Source: an uncultured Bacteroidales bacterium (GTDB lineage Bacteria > Bacteroidota > Bacteroidia > Bacteroidales > VadinHA17). From it: a stretch of DNA of 64,000 nt. Positions 22,154-31,541 of this stretch are shown here, piece by piece. The position numbers and the translations under genes were made by a program. The notes under the pieces were generated by a model, which was not told where the DNA came from, searched no databases, and worked only from the letters and a program-made list of their open reading frames with translations. Where the stretch lies: positions 105,939-169,938 of the forward strand of contig CAVSYN010000034.1 in assembly GCA_963732115.1 (NCBI GenBank), read 5' to 3'. The stretch's first letter is position 1, and the number at the start of each line of letters is the position of its first letter.

Positions 22154-24667
22154 ATGAAACAGATTTACCTCTTGAAAAGAATTTCCGCTTTAGTGCTTCT
22201 GACGTGCTGCTTTACTGCAATAACCGCTCAGGAGAGCAGGGAATTTATCAGGGCTTTTCGTGAAGCTGATGCATATTATTATTACGATCAGAATTACCTT
22301 AAGGCTGCATCATTGTATGAACCGCTTATTCAAACTCATCCTGATCATCACAACCTTGCAGCCAAACTTGGAATATGCTATCTTAATCTCGATGGCAAAA
22401 AGGCTGACGCGCTCAGGCTTCTGAAAAAAGCATCTGGGGAGGTGGCAAACAGCGACAAAGAATATAAGCAAACAGGAGAAAAGGCTCCACTCGACACCTA
22501 TCTTTACCTTGCAATTGCATATCAGCGAAATGACAGTATTGAAAAAGCCCTTACTTTCTTCAACACCCTGAAGAAGCGATACCTTGGCACGGAATCATCG
22601 CAGGAGCAGTACATTGATCTGCAGATAAGGAACTGCAGGTATGCGCTCGAGATGAAAAAGAGGCCCCTAAGAATTCTCTCCGATCTCTTCACACCCTGGC
22701 TTACTGATTACCCTGGTGCCTGCAATCCCGTTCTGGCTAAAGATGATTCTGTTTTCGTATTTACTTTGCTGAATGAAGGAAAAACCCAGGTCTACTGCTC
22801 TTATAAGAAAAATAAGGTATGGGAAAGACCTTCCAATATTACAAGACAATTAGGCGGCTATGACAGGTTTTATACAAATTCAATTACAGGCAACGGCCGG
22901 ATGCTGGTCCTTTTCATGGACGATGGAGGTGACGGGAACCTGTATTATAGTTTAAGAACTGATACCACATGGTCGAAAATAAAGAGCGTTGGGAAATTCG
23001 TCAATTCAATATACTGGGAGGCTCACGGATTTATTACCCCGGATGGGAAGACCATGTATTTTTCAAGCAACAGGCCCGGAGGTGAGGGAGAACTGGATAT
23101 CTGGACTTCTCAAAGACTTGCTGATGGCAGCTGGGACCGTCCGGTTAATCTTGGAAATACAATCAACACGCCTTATGATGAAAACACTCCGTACTTTGAT
23201 GTTGATAACAACGCCTTACTGTTCAGCTCTGTAGGACTTATAAGCATGGGTGGATATGATGTTTTCAGATCAATAAACCGGGGCGGACAATGGACTCAAC
23301 CTGTCGGTATGCCGTATGCCTTTAACAATGTACAGGAAAATACCAACTTTATTCTCAACAATAACGCTCCGGGATTTATTGCAAGCCGGTTTGACGATAA
23401 AACAAATTTAAGGAATATTTATGCCATTGTTGCAGTAGATCCTGCAGATGAGGTTACAAGAGCTTCAGGTAACATTAAGCTGGAGGATGGAATGGAAGTT
23501 AATCCTGATGCTGCGTTTATTACTGTCAAAAATATTAAAACCGGTACAACATTTCAGGATGTTCAAATCGGACGGGACGGATCGTTTAATTTTGACATTA
23601 AACCGGGAGAATACCAGATACTTGTAAGCCATGATGGTTACAGGACTGATACAATCAATCTCAGTCTGCCATTATATTTTGGAGGAAATTACCTTCCCGT
23701 AAATCCTTCCCTGACCCCTGACAAGGTATATGCTGGAGATTTTCTATCTATTAAAAATATCCTGTTTGATTTTGATAAATATAATTTAACCGATGAAGCC
23801 AAGCCGAGCCTTGACCTGGTAAAGAACATAATGGCTAATTATCCCGAGCTATCGATAGAGGTCGCTGGTTTTACTGACTCATTCGGGAGTACTGACTATA
23901 ACCGGAGACTTGCAGACAGGCGTGCTCAGGCAGTAATAAACTATTTCACTTCAAACGGGATTGACAAATCGAGGTTTGTAAAAAAGGCTTTTGGGAAATC
24001 AAATTTTGCTGCTGTTAACTCCAATCCCGATGGTACCGACAATCCTGAAGGGAGAAAATATAACAGAAGGGTGACATTCGGTATAATAAATCCTAAAACA
24101 GGAGTCGTGTTACGCCAGGAGGCTTTCACACCCCAATATCTCAGACCGTCATATTCAATCAAGTACAGCATCGTTCTGCTCAGCACAAAAGAAGTTTTGA
24201 ATCCAGGGTATTTCAAGAGTCTTATTCAGGATGAGATGTTAATGATTCGAACAATAAAAACTGATACTGCCAACCTGTATGCGCTGGGTGTTTTCTTTAG
24301 TAAGCAGGATGCACAAAAATATTTAACATATGTCAGGGAAAGCGGTCTGAAAGGTGCATATATTATTAACCAGTATGATTTGGAGAATAAGACAGGGCCG
24401 GAAGCCGGACAGGTTATGCCTGGCGTGGCAAGTACTCACAAGGTCTTCACAATTCAGCTGAAAGCAACAAGAAACCGTCTTAATATTTCCAGCGTATTTC
24501 CCGGATACCAGGGTATAAAGGAGGTGTTAGCGGATGATGGTTTTTATAAATACGTTTATGGCGAATTCGCCACGATTACGCAGGCACGAGAAATCCTGAT
24601 CTCGGTTAAAAAGGATTTTGATGACGCTTTCATCAGGGAGATAAATGTACTGGATGGTAAACTATAG
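22154..24667 (+). CDS. OmpA-family peptidoglycan-binding protein with TPR, PD40 repeats and two C-terminal SPOR-like repeats (paralog of the preceding gene)
   Basis: Intact ORF with signal peptide MKQIYLLKRISALVLLTCCFTAITAQE. OmpA_C motifs ILFDFDKYNLT, IEVAGFTDSFGSTDYNRRLADRRAQAV, NRRVTFGI. The terminal repeat FTIQLKAT...DAFIREI parallels that of the upstream gene. Confidence 0.8.
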   Translation: MKQIYLLKRISALVLLTCCFTAITAQESREFIRAFREADAYYYYDQNYLKAASLYEPLIQTHPDHHNLAAKLGICYLNLDGKKADALRLLKKASGEVANSDKEYKQTGEKAPLDTYLYLAIAYQRNDSIEKALTFFNTLKKRYLGTESSQEQYIDLQIRNCRYALEMKKRPLRILSDLFTPWLTDYPGACNPVLAKDDSVFVFTLLNEGKTQVYCSYKKNKVWERPSNITRQLGGYDRFYTNSITGNGRMLVLFMDDGGDGNLYYSLRTDTTWSKIKSVGKFVNSIYWEAHGFITPDGKTMYFSSNRPGGEGELDIWTSQRLADGSWDRPVNLGNTINTPYDENTPYFDVDNNALLFSSVGLISMGGYDVFRSINRGGQWTQPVGMPYAFNNVQENTNFILNNNAPGFIASRFDDKTNLRNIYAIVAVDPADEVTRASGNIKLEDGMEVNPDAAFITVKNIKTGTTFQDVQIGRDGSFNFDIKPGEYQILVSHDGYRTDTINLSLPLYFGGNYLPVNPSLTPDKVYAGDFLSIKNILFDFDKYNLTDEAKPSLDLVKNIMANYPELSIEVAGFTDSFGSTDYNRRLADRRAQAVINYFTSNGIDKSRFVKKAFGKSNFAAVNSNPDGTDNPEGRKYNRRVTFGIINPKTGVVLRQEAFTPQYLRPSYSIKYSIVLLSTKEVLNPGYFKSLIQDEMLMIRTIKTDTANLYALGVFFSKQDAQKYLTYVRESGLKGAYIINQYDLENKTGPEAGQVMPGVASTHKVFTIQLKATRNRLNISSVFPGYQGIKEVLADDGFYKYVYGEFATITQAREILISVKKDFDDAFIREINVLDGKL

Positions 24668-24684
24668 TTTATAACAGGGGAAAA

Positions 24685-25203
24685 ATGAAATTTAAAGATG
24701 TAAGCCTGCGGGCACTTGAACCGGAGGACCTTGAATTATTGTACGAGTGGGAAAATAATTTGTCGAACTGGACAATCAGCAGTACTGTTGCTCCTTATTC
24801 AAAATATACCCTCAAACGCTATCTGAAGAATTCTCATAAAAACATATATGAAACCGGTCAGCTAAGATTGATGATAGACTATCTGCCTGATAAAATCACT
24901 ATCGGCACAATTGATATATTTGATTTTGATCCATTTCATAAAAGGGCAGGTCTCGGAATACTTGTCGCAAACGAAGAATACAGGGGGAAAGGGCTTGCAT
25001 CAATGGCCCTTAAATGCCTGATTGATTACTGCTTCAGGACACTTCAACTCCACCAGCTGTATTGCAATATTCTTGCTAACAATTGTGAAAGCATAGACCT
25101 TTTTAAAAAAATGGGATTTGTGCAGTCCGGAATCAAAAAGGACTGGGTCAAGACGCCCGATGGCTATCTTGATGAACATATTTTTCAGCTGATAAGCCCC
25201 TGA
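24685..25203 (+). CDS. GNAT family N-acetyltransferase (RimJ/RimL-like)
   Basis: LRALEPEDLELLYEWEN... and acetyl-CoA loop YRGKGLASMAL. Confidence 0.8.
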   Translation: MKFKDVSLRALEPEDLELLYEWENNLSNWTISSTVAPYSKYTLKRYLKNSHKNIYETGQLRLMIDYLPDKITIGTIDIFDFDPFHKRAGLGILVANEEYRGKGLASMALKCLIDYCFRTLQLHQLYCNILANNCESIDLFKKMGFVQSGIKKDWVKTPDGYLDEHIFQLISP

Positions 25204-25227
25204 AACAGAGTCCGATAATGTAGTGCA

Positions 25228-26241
25228 TCACTCCTGTTTCAAACCTGCAGCCAGCAGACCACAGGCTGCTGAAATATCCTCTCCTCTCGATTTCCTGATT
25301 GAGGCAGAGATTCCTGACGTAATTAGCGCGTGCTTAAAAAATTGCATTCTTTCGGGTGTGGAAGAAATCTTTGTATCACCATGTTGTGAATGGTATCTGA
25401 GAAGATTGACCCTGATTGACGAATTGTTTAAAAGGTTTTTTAATCCCTCAAGATGCACGTCGGTATCGTTAACACCTCTTATCATTACGTAAGCAACACT
25501 GAACCGCCTTTTATTAATTACAGGGAATTTCTTCAGTATTCCGATTATCTCGCTTGCCGGATATTTATTTTCAGCAGGTATTACTTCTCTTCTCTCATCA
25601 GCAAACGGAGAATGGAGGCTGAATGCAAGATTGCATTCCGAAAGCTGCAGAAACTTTTTAATTCCCGGGGTAATACCAACAGTTGAAACTGTAATATTCC
25701 TGCGGCTTATTGCCGGACCCCATTCAGCGCACAAAATCTGGCAGGCTTTTAAAACATTGTCCAGATTGTCCATTGGTTCTCCCATTCCCATAAAAACTAC
25801 ATGTGTCACTTTATCCGATCCAGGAAGGTTGATAACCTGGTTTAAAATATCCTGAACCGATAAATTACCATGGAATCCGTATTTCCCTGTTACACAGATT
25901 GAACAATTCATTCTGCAGCCTGATTGAGTTGAAACGCAAACTGTGGTTCTCCTGCCGTCAGGCAGATAAACAGTTTCGTATTCCAGCCTGTCCCTGTTTC
26001 TGAAGAGGTATTTCACACTCGAATCGCAAGATCTCAAGGAAGCAACAGGGTCTAAAAAACCCGTATAATATATATCTTTTAGCTCTTTTTTAAGTTGTTT
26101 TGAAATGCCTTTGAATTGATCAATATCGGTTATCTTCCTTTTATAGAGACAGTTAGCTATGGCCGTTGCATGGAGCGGATCAGTTCCCGAAATCTGAATG
26201 ATCTCATCAAGTGAAAGTCCACACAAGCTTTTTCTGTTCAT
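25228..26241 (-). CDS. rlmN: Radical SAM 23S rRNA/tRNA adenine C2-methyltransferase (RlmN/Cfr family)
   Basis: CVSTQSGCRMNCSICVTG radical-SAM cysteine cluster, VVFMGMGEPMDN, C-terminal RKSRGEDISAACGLL. Confidence 0.85.
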   Translation of the reverse strand: MNRKSLCGLSLDEIIQISGTDPLHATAIANCLYKRKITDIDQFKGISKQLKKELKDIYYTGFLDPVASLRSCDSSVKYLFRNRDRLEYETVYLPDGRRTTVCVSTQSGCRMNCSICVTGKYGFHGNLSVQDILNQVINLPGSDKVTHVVFMGMGEPMDNLDNVLKACQILCAEWGPAISRRNITVSTVGITPGIKKFLQLSECNLAFSLHSPFADERREVIPAENKYPASEIIGILKKFPVINKRRFSVAYVMIRGVNDTDVHLEGLKNLLNNSSIRVNLLRYHSQHGDTKISSTPERMQFFKHALITSGISASIRKSRGEDISAACGLLAAGLKQE

Positions 26242-26371
26242 AATTGCGATATTTACAAAAATAATCCGATAAACACATAAATTAGCATTTGAATTAATCC
26301 CTTACGTTCAAAATACTGAACACTCATGCTGAGTAAGCGACAGAAACATAAAACTACCCAAGAATATTGAA

Positions 26372-27616
26372 ATGAACAGATCCTTAATTCTCATTATCAC
26401 GGCATTATCCCTTTTTTCCTGCACAGGAAACAACCAGGGAAGAAAAAATAATCAAACCAATGAAACCATGACGACTGACAGCACCAAGCAATATGGATAC
26501 AATGTTAATTTCCTGAAGAAATATGTAAGAGTAATTGAATTGAAAAGCGGTATTTCTTCTGTGGCTGTTGTCCCGGATTGGCAGGGCAGAGTAATGACAA
26601 GTTCATCTGATGGTCTGAATGGATTCAGCTTTGGGTGGATAAATCATGACCTTGTTTCCTCAGGAAAAGTTTTACCTCATATTAATCCTTACGGTGGTGA
26701 AGAGAGGTTGTGGCTCGGCCCTGAAGGGGGCCAGTACTCCATCTTCTTTAAAAAAGGGGATGATTTTGTTTATGACAAATGGCAAACGCCTGCATTTCTC
26801 GACACTACTCCATTTGTAGTAACTGAGGAATCTGATACTTCAGTAACATTTTCACATAAGGTTGAAATTGATAATTATAGCGGGGCAAAATTCAAATTAT
26901 TGATAACCAGGAAAGTTGTTCTGGTATCTGACGAACAGTTCCTTGAACAAACTGGCTTTGACCTCAGGGGAACTAAATATGTTGCATATCGTTCAGAAAA
27001 TAAATTAATTAACCAGGGTGCGAATGAATGGAAAAAGGGAACAGGCCTGCTCTCCATCTGGATGCTCGGGATGTTCAATCCCTCCCCTGCCGTTACAATT
27101 GTTATTCCCGTTAAATCCGGTGATGAAAAGGAACTTGGAGTGCCGGTTAACGACAACTATTTCGGAAAAATATCCGGTGACCGGTTAAAAGTACTGGGAA
27201 ACAATATTTATTTCAGAGCTGATGGTAAAAGCAGGGGCAAGATAGGAATACCGCCCGGGAGAGCAACCGGCATAATGGGCAGCTATGATTTTGATAACAA
27301 TATCCTGACACTGCTTATTTGCAAAATGCCTGATGGGGATAAAAAATATGTAAACTCTGCCTGGAAGATTCAGGATGATCCATATTCAGGAGATGCCCTA
27401 AACTCCTACAATGATGGTCCCCTGGAGGATGGCTCGCAAATGGGGCCATTCTATGAGCTTGAAACCTCCTCTCCTGCTGCAGCCTTAAGACCCGGGGAAA
27501 GCATAACGCACAGCCAGATCACCGTTCATGTAACCGGTGATAAAAAGCTTTTGAACAGCATATCAGCAAAAGTGTTCGGAGTATCTCTTGACGAAATTGA
27601 AAAAGCTTTTAATTAA
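26372..27616 (+). CDS. Hypothetical lipoprotein (function unknown)
   Basis: Lipobox ALSLFSCTGNN. Intact 414-aa ORF with beta-rich composition. No family motif recognised. Confidence 0.5.
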   Translation: MNRSLILIITALSLFSCTGNNQGRKNNQTNETMTTDSTKQYGYNVNFLKKYVRVIELKSGISSVAVVPDWQGRVMTSSSDGLNGFSFGWINHDLVSSGKVLPHINPYGGEERLWLGPEGGQYSIFFKKGDDFVYDKWQTPAFLDTTPFVVTEESDTSVTFSHKVEIDNYSGAKFKLLITRKVVLVSDEQFLEQTGFDLRGTKYVAYRSENKLINQGANEWKKGTGLLSIWMLGMFNPSPAVTIVIPVKSGDEKELGVPVNDNYFGKISGDRLKVLGNNIYFRADGKSRGKIGIPPGRATGIMGSYDFDNNILTLLICKMPDGDKKYVNSAWKIQDDPYSGDALNSYNDGPLEDGSQMGPFYELETSSPAAALRPGESITHSQITVHVTGDKKLLNSISAKVFGVSLDEIEKAFN

Positions 27617-29728
27617 TTAGGTTGACCAGTCAGACCCCTGTTCCTGAGAAGCGGTTCAATCTGAGGCTCGCGACCCCTGAAGTTAACGTACATCTGCATG
27701 GCATCCATCGTGCCATTCTTTTCCAGAATGTTTGTTCTGTAGGAGGAAGCGACGGACTTGTTGAAAATACCTTTTTCCTTAAATGCTTCAAAAGCATCGT
27801 TATCCAGTACGGCTGCCCATGTATAACAATAATAGCCTGAATCATAACCGTCGATTATATGCAGGAAATAGGTGCTTCTGTATCGGGAAATAATCTCAGG
27901 GATAAGTCCGATCTTATTGAAATAGTCTTTTTCAAAGCTTTGAATATCAATTTTAACGGGTGCCTCAAGGGTATAATATGCCATATCAAGCAATGAGGCA
28001 GCCAGAAGCTCAACATTCACAAAACCCTGGTTGAAATATCCGCTGTTTTTTATTTTCTGGATCAGTTTGTCAGGAATGGTTTCTCCCGTTTCATAATGCC
28101 TGGCATACATTTTCAAAACCTCCGGTTCAGTTGCCCAATGTTCCATAAGCTGGGATGGAAGCTCCACAAAATCCCAGGCAACATAAGTCTGAGTATATGT
28201 ATTCCGGTTAAACAGGGCATCAAGTGCATGGCCGAATTCATGGAATAATGTTGAAACCTCATCCATATTCAGAAGAGCTGGTGTATCACCACTGGAACGT
28301 GTAAAATTGAATACTGTAGTCACAACAGGTGTAATAGCTTTACCATCCCTTATATAGCGGCTCCTGTATGTTCCACACCATGCACCCTGACGCTTGCTGT
28401 CGCGCGGATGAAAGTCCATATAGAGAACTCCGATGTGGGCACCAGTTGAATCTTTTACCTCAAAGGCTTCAGCTTCCCGATGGGGAAGAGGACACAGTGG
28501 TATCGGGATAAAAGTGATCCCGAAGAGCTTATTAGCGCAGGCAAAGACACCTTCACGTACATTTTCAAGCTTAAAGTAAGGCCTCAGTTCATTGTCATCA
28601 AGATCATATTTCTGTTTTCTCAGTTTCTCGGCATAATACCACCAGTCGGATGGTTCCAGTTTGAAGTTTCCGCCCTCCCGGCCAATGATTTTCTGCATTT
28701 CCACAACTTCATTCTTTGCCACGGGAAGAGCCTTTTCCCAAAGAGAGTTGAGGAGATTGAATACATTTTGCCGGGTTCTTGGCCATCCGCAGTTCAAGAA
28801 CATAATCTGCATGTGTCTTGTAGCCAAGGATCTTGGCTCTTTCAGCACGAAGTCTTACAATATCCGCAAGATTTTTATTGTTATCGTATTCGTTCCCATT
28901 ATTACCCCTGTTCGTATAAGCATGATAAATCTCTTCCCTTAGTTTCCGGTTGGGTGAATACTGCATAAAAGGAAAAATACTTGGGCGCTGTGTTGTAAAA
29001 GCCCACTTCCCCTCCTGTCCGGCTGCTTTGGCAACTTCAGCAGCCGAAGCAACAAGCGATTCAGGAAGGCCTTCAAGCCCATCCTTGTCGACAAACATCT
29101 TGTATTTGTTGGTTTCGTCGAGAACATTCTGGCTGAACTTCACTGTCAGGACAGAAATTTCCTGATTGATCTTTTTCAGCGTATCCTGATCCTGCTTGTT
29201 CAGATTTGCCCCGTTCCTCACGAATCCCTTATAGAGGTTTTCCAGTAAAAACTTCTGCTCCTGATTCAGATTGAAACCGGCCTGATTGTCATAAACAAAT
29301 TTGACTTTCTTAAAAAGTTCAGGATTCAGGTTTATTTCATCCCTGAATGCTGCAAGCTTTGGGGAGATCTCAACCTCAATATTCTGGAGTGAATCATTGG
29401 TATTGGCAGATGTCTGGGAAAAGAATACTGACGAAACGTTTGAAAGGAGATCGAGACTTTTATCAAGGGCATCGACAGTATTGTCAAATGTTGGTTCCTG
29501 TCTGTTTTTAATCAGCAGCTCAATGTTTTTACGACCCTCTTCCATTCCTTTTTCGAAAGCCGGCATATAATGTTTTGCCATGATCTTTTCAAAAGGAGGA
29601 ACATTGAATGGAGTGTTGAATTCTGAGAAGAACGGATTGCTTTTATCGGTTTGAGGCTGATTCGTGCATGAACCTAAAGTTATTACAGACAATCCCATAA
29701 TTATCAAATGTTTAACTGAGTTTTTCAC
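27613..29728 (-). CDS. M3 family zinc metallopeptidase (peptidyl-dipeptidase Dcp-like), lipoprotein; one frame break near 28800
   Basis: ORFs 28709-29728 and 27613-28848 are contiguous. Zinc site LFHEFGHALD. N-terminal lipobox ITLGSCTN. Confidence 0.9.
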
Positions 29729-29898
29729 AATAATATTTATTTGGGTTATTTACTAATCTTCTGATCTCTGTGCAAAATAAAGGTTTATCAAGTTGTTATC
29801 AAAAGAAATGATGAGGTTTATTATTTTTGATTGCGGAGAGAGGGGGATTATTCTCTTCGTTCATGATCCCCGAAGGGGAGGCTTCAAAGCCAAAGCAA

Positions 29899-29939
29899 AC
29901 CTGGTTTTTTCTGTGAAAAAACCAGGTGTTTTGTTTTTG
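29899..29939 (+). terminator. Hairpin 1 of module A with U-tracts on both strands
   Basis: 12-bp stem acctggtttttt/aaaaaaccaggt with loop ctgtg. Followed by gttttgtttttg on the + strand and by tttgctttgg on the - strand. Confidence 0.6.
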
Positions 29940-29974
29940 TCATGTCCTTCACAAAACAAGTTTTGTTCGGCCAT

Positions 29975-30010
29975 CCAAAAACAAAACCATCCGCCAGATG
30001 GCGGATGGTT
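29975..30010 (-). terminator. Intrinsic terminator of tRNA-Ser(CGA) (hairpin 2 of module A)
   Basis: 11-bp stem aaccatccgcc/ggcggatggtt with loop agat. On the - strand it is followed by TTTTGTTTTT. Confidence 0.75.
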
Positions 30011-30021
30011 TGCTTTGGCTT

Positions 30022-30113
30022 TGGCGGAGAGAGGGGGATTCGAACCCCCGGTCCGCCGATCGGTGGACAACGGTTTTCGAGACCGCCGCATTTGACCACT
30101 CTGCCATCTCTCC
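30022..30113 (-). tRNA. tRNA-Ser (anticodon CGA), CCA encoded
   Basis: Reverse complement reads GGAGAGATGGCAGAGTGGTCAAATGCGGCGGTCTCGAAAACCGTTGTCCACCGATCGGCGGACCGGGGGTTCGAATCCCCCTCTCTCCGCCA. It has a 7-bp acceptor stem, anticodon loop CTCGAAA, a long variable arm and T-loop GTTCGAATC. Confidence 0.95.
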
Positions 30114-30121
30114 AAACGGAT

Positions 30122-30129
30122 CAAAAGTA
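30122..30129 (-). promoter_or_regulatory. Candidate -7 box TACTTTTG for tRNA-Ser(CGA)
   Basis: The minus-strand sequence TACTTTTG ends 8 nt upstream of the mature tRNA 5' end. Confidence 0.45.
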
Positions 30130-30183
30130 AGAAATATTTGGCTTCTTCCACATCCTAAAAATATCAATTCTGAAATGAGATCT

Positions 30184-31461
30184 CTATAGCAGTATCCCGG
30201 CCAGTGAAGCCGAGATATAGGAAGCCATGGTTCCGCAGATCATTGCCTTGAATCCCAGCCTGGCAAGGTCGGCTTTACGGCTTGGGACCATTACACCTAT
30301 TCCCCCAAGCTGAATTGCAATCGAGCTGAAATTCGCGAAGCCACACAGCGCAAAACTGGCTATCGTTATTGATTTTGCGCTCAGAATTCCCTGATGGATC
30401 ATTGGGGATAGGTCGGAATAGGCGACAAATTCGTTAATCACCATTTTAGTACCCATTAATGACCCAACAGTAAATGATTCTGACGGAGGTACGCCCATTA
30501 CGACAGCGAACAGCGAAAAGAAGACCCCGAAAACATCTTTCAGACGGAGGTTATCGACATTTAAGCCAATAAAGTCAAGAGATGCACCCGTCCATGAAAG
30601 GAAATGACCAAAGTATCCTAGCAGTGCATCGACAAGAGCAACGAGTGCGATTACACCTATAAGCATTGCAATTACATTGATAGAAATAGCCATACCATCA
30701 GACGCCCCATGGGAAATAGCATCCATAATATTTGAATGCTGCTTTTTAACCTCAAGCTTTACAACCCCTTTTGTCTCTGATTGTTCTGTTTCGGGAAATA
30801 CTATTTTTGATATGACCAGGGCCCCTGGCGCTGCCATCAGGCTTGCTGCCAGTAAATAAGAAGCGGGCACTCCCATTGAAATATACACTGCCATCACACC
30901 TCCTGCGATGCAGGCCATGCTTCCCGTCATGGATGCCAGTAGTTCTGACATTGTCATTCCTGAAAGATATGGTCTTATCATAATCTGTGCTTCCACCTGT
31001 CCGACGAAGGCACTTGCTACGTTTGAAAGTGCTTCACTTCCGCTCACACGCATTGCCCAATGCACAAAACGGGCGAGAATAGCCACAATTCTCTGCATCA
31101 GCCCGACATGATATGCCATTGAAACGAGCACACAAACAAAAATTATGGTTGGTATAAGAATAAAAAGGAATACACCTGCGCTTACAATACTTGGAGGTAG
31201 TATCCGGGAAATTTTTGTAAGGTCGCCGAATACAAACTGCCCACCCTGCTGCGAAAAATCGAGAAGCTTGTTGATTGCCTTTCCAAGCCAGGCGAAAATA
31301 TCCTGCCCTATCGGAACCTTTAAAATAAAAATCGCCAGAACTAGCTGAAGTGCAAGCCCGGTGATTACAAGCCGGAAATTAATTGCTTTCCTGTTATTTG
31401 ACCACAGATAAGCAAGACCGAGAATAACAATTATTCCGATAATGCCCGTAAAACGTCCCAT
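30184..31461 (-). CDS. NupC/NupG-type concentrative nucleoside transporter
   Basis: Intact 425-aa polytopic ORF. N-terminus MGRFTGIIGIIVILGLAYLWSNNRKAINFRLV and the overall layout are typical of the CNT family. Confidence 0.8.
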   Translation of the reverse strand: MGRFTGIIGIIVILGLAYLWSNNRKAINFRLVITGLALQLVLAIFILKVPIGQDIFAWLGKAINKLLDFSQQGGQFVFGDLTKISRILPPSIVSAGVFLFILIPTIIFVCVLVSMAYHVGLMQRIVAILARFVHWAMRVSGSEALSNVASAFVGQVEAQIMIRPYLSGMTMSELLASMTGSMACIAGGVMAVYISMGVPASYLLAASLMAAPGALVISKIVFPETEQSETKGVVKLEVKKQHSNIMDAISHGASDGMAISINVIAMLIGVIALVALVDALLGYFGHFLSWTGASLDFIGLNVDNLRLKDVFGVFFSLFAVVMGVPPSESFTVGSLMGTKMVINEFVAYSDLSPMIHQGILSAKSITIASFALCGFANFSSIAIQLGGIGVMVPSRKADLARLGFKAMICGTMASYISASLAGILL

Positions 31462-31541
31462 AGGTTATTGAATTAGTTGTGAGTCTGATTCAAACCTACA
31501 TTTTTTTTCAATTCAAAGATGAGCAAATGTATAAAAAGATT

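Larger units (their letters stand above)
29831..30021 (-). repeat. tRNA-Ser trailer module, copy A (~190 bp; ends in a partial copy of the tRNA-Ser 3' end)
   Basis: Shares long identical blocks with 45847-46031: ccccgaaggggaggcttcaaagccaaagcaaa (32 nt), tcatgtccttcacaaaacaagttttgttcggccat (35 nt), and ggtttgctttggctt running into the tRNA. gcggagagagggggatt at 29833-29849 repeats the tRNA 3' end at 30024-30040. Confidence 0.85.

Noticed and set aside
29833-29849. Partial tRNA-like sequences (29833-29849, 45848-45866, 46177-46190) considered as additional or split tRNA genes.
   Set aside because: Only 14-19 nt of acceptor/T-arm or acceptor/D-arm sequence is present. No anticodon arm or complementary acceptor strand lies at a compatible distance. 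They were recorded as repeats, not tRNA genes.
29870-29975. Conserved minus-strand mini-ORF in both modules starting MAEQNLFCEGHDKNKT.
   Set aside because: Only the first 16 codons agree. After hairpin 1 the two copies differ in length and fall into different frames with unrelated C-termini (…PGFFTEKTRFALALKPPLRGS versus …SCFSRICFGFEASPSGDHEQSE). Conservation is therefore not at protein level.
29793-30189. Cluster of small ORFs in all frames across the tRNA-Ser(CGA) locus, mirrored at 45847-46166 (for example MSFTKQVLFGH.KTKPS...).
   Set aside because: They read through or antisense to a bona fide tRNA and its terminator hairpins. The similarity between the two loci is at nucleotide level and is explained by the repeated module.
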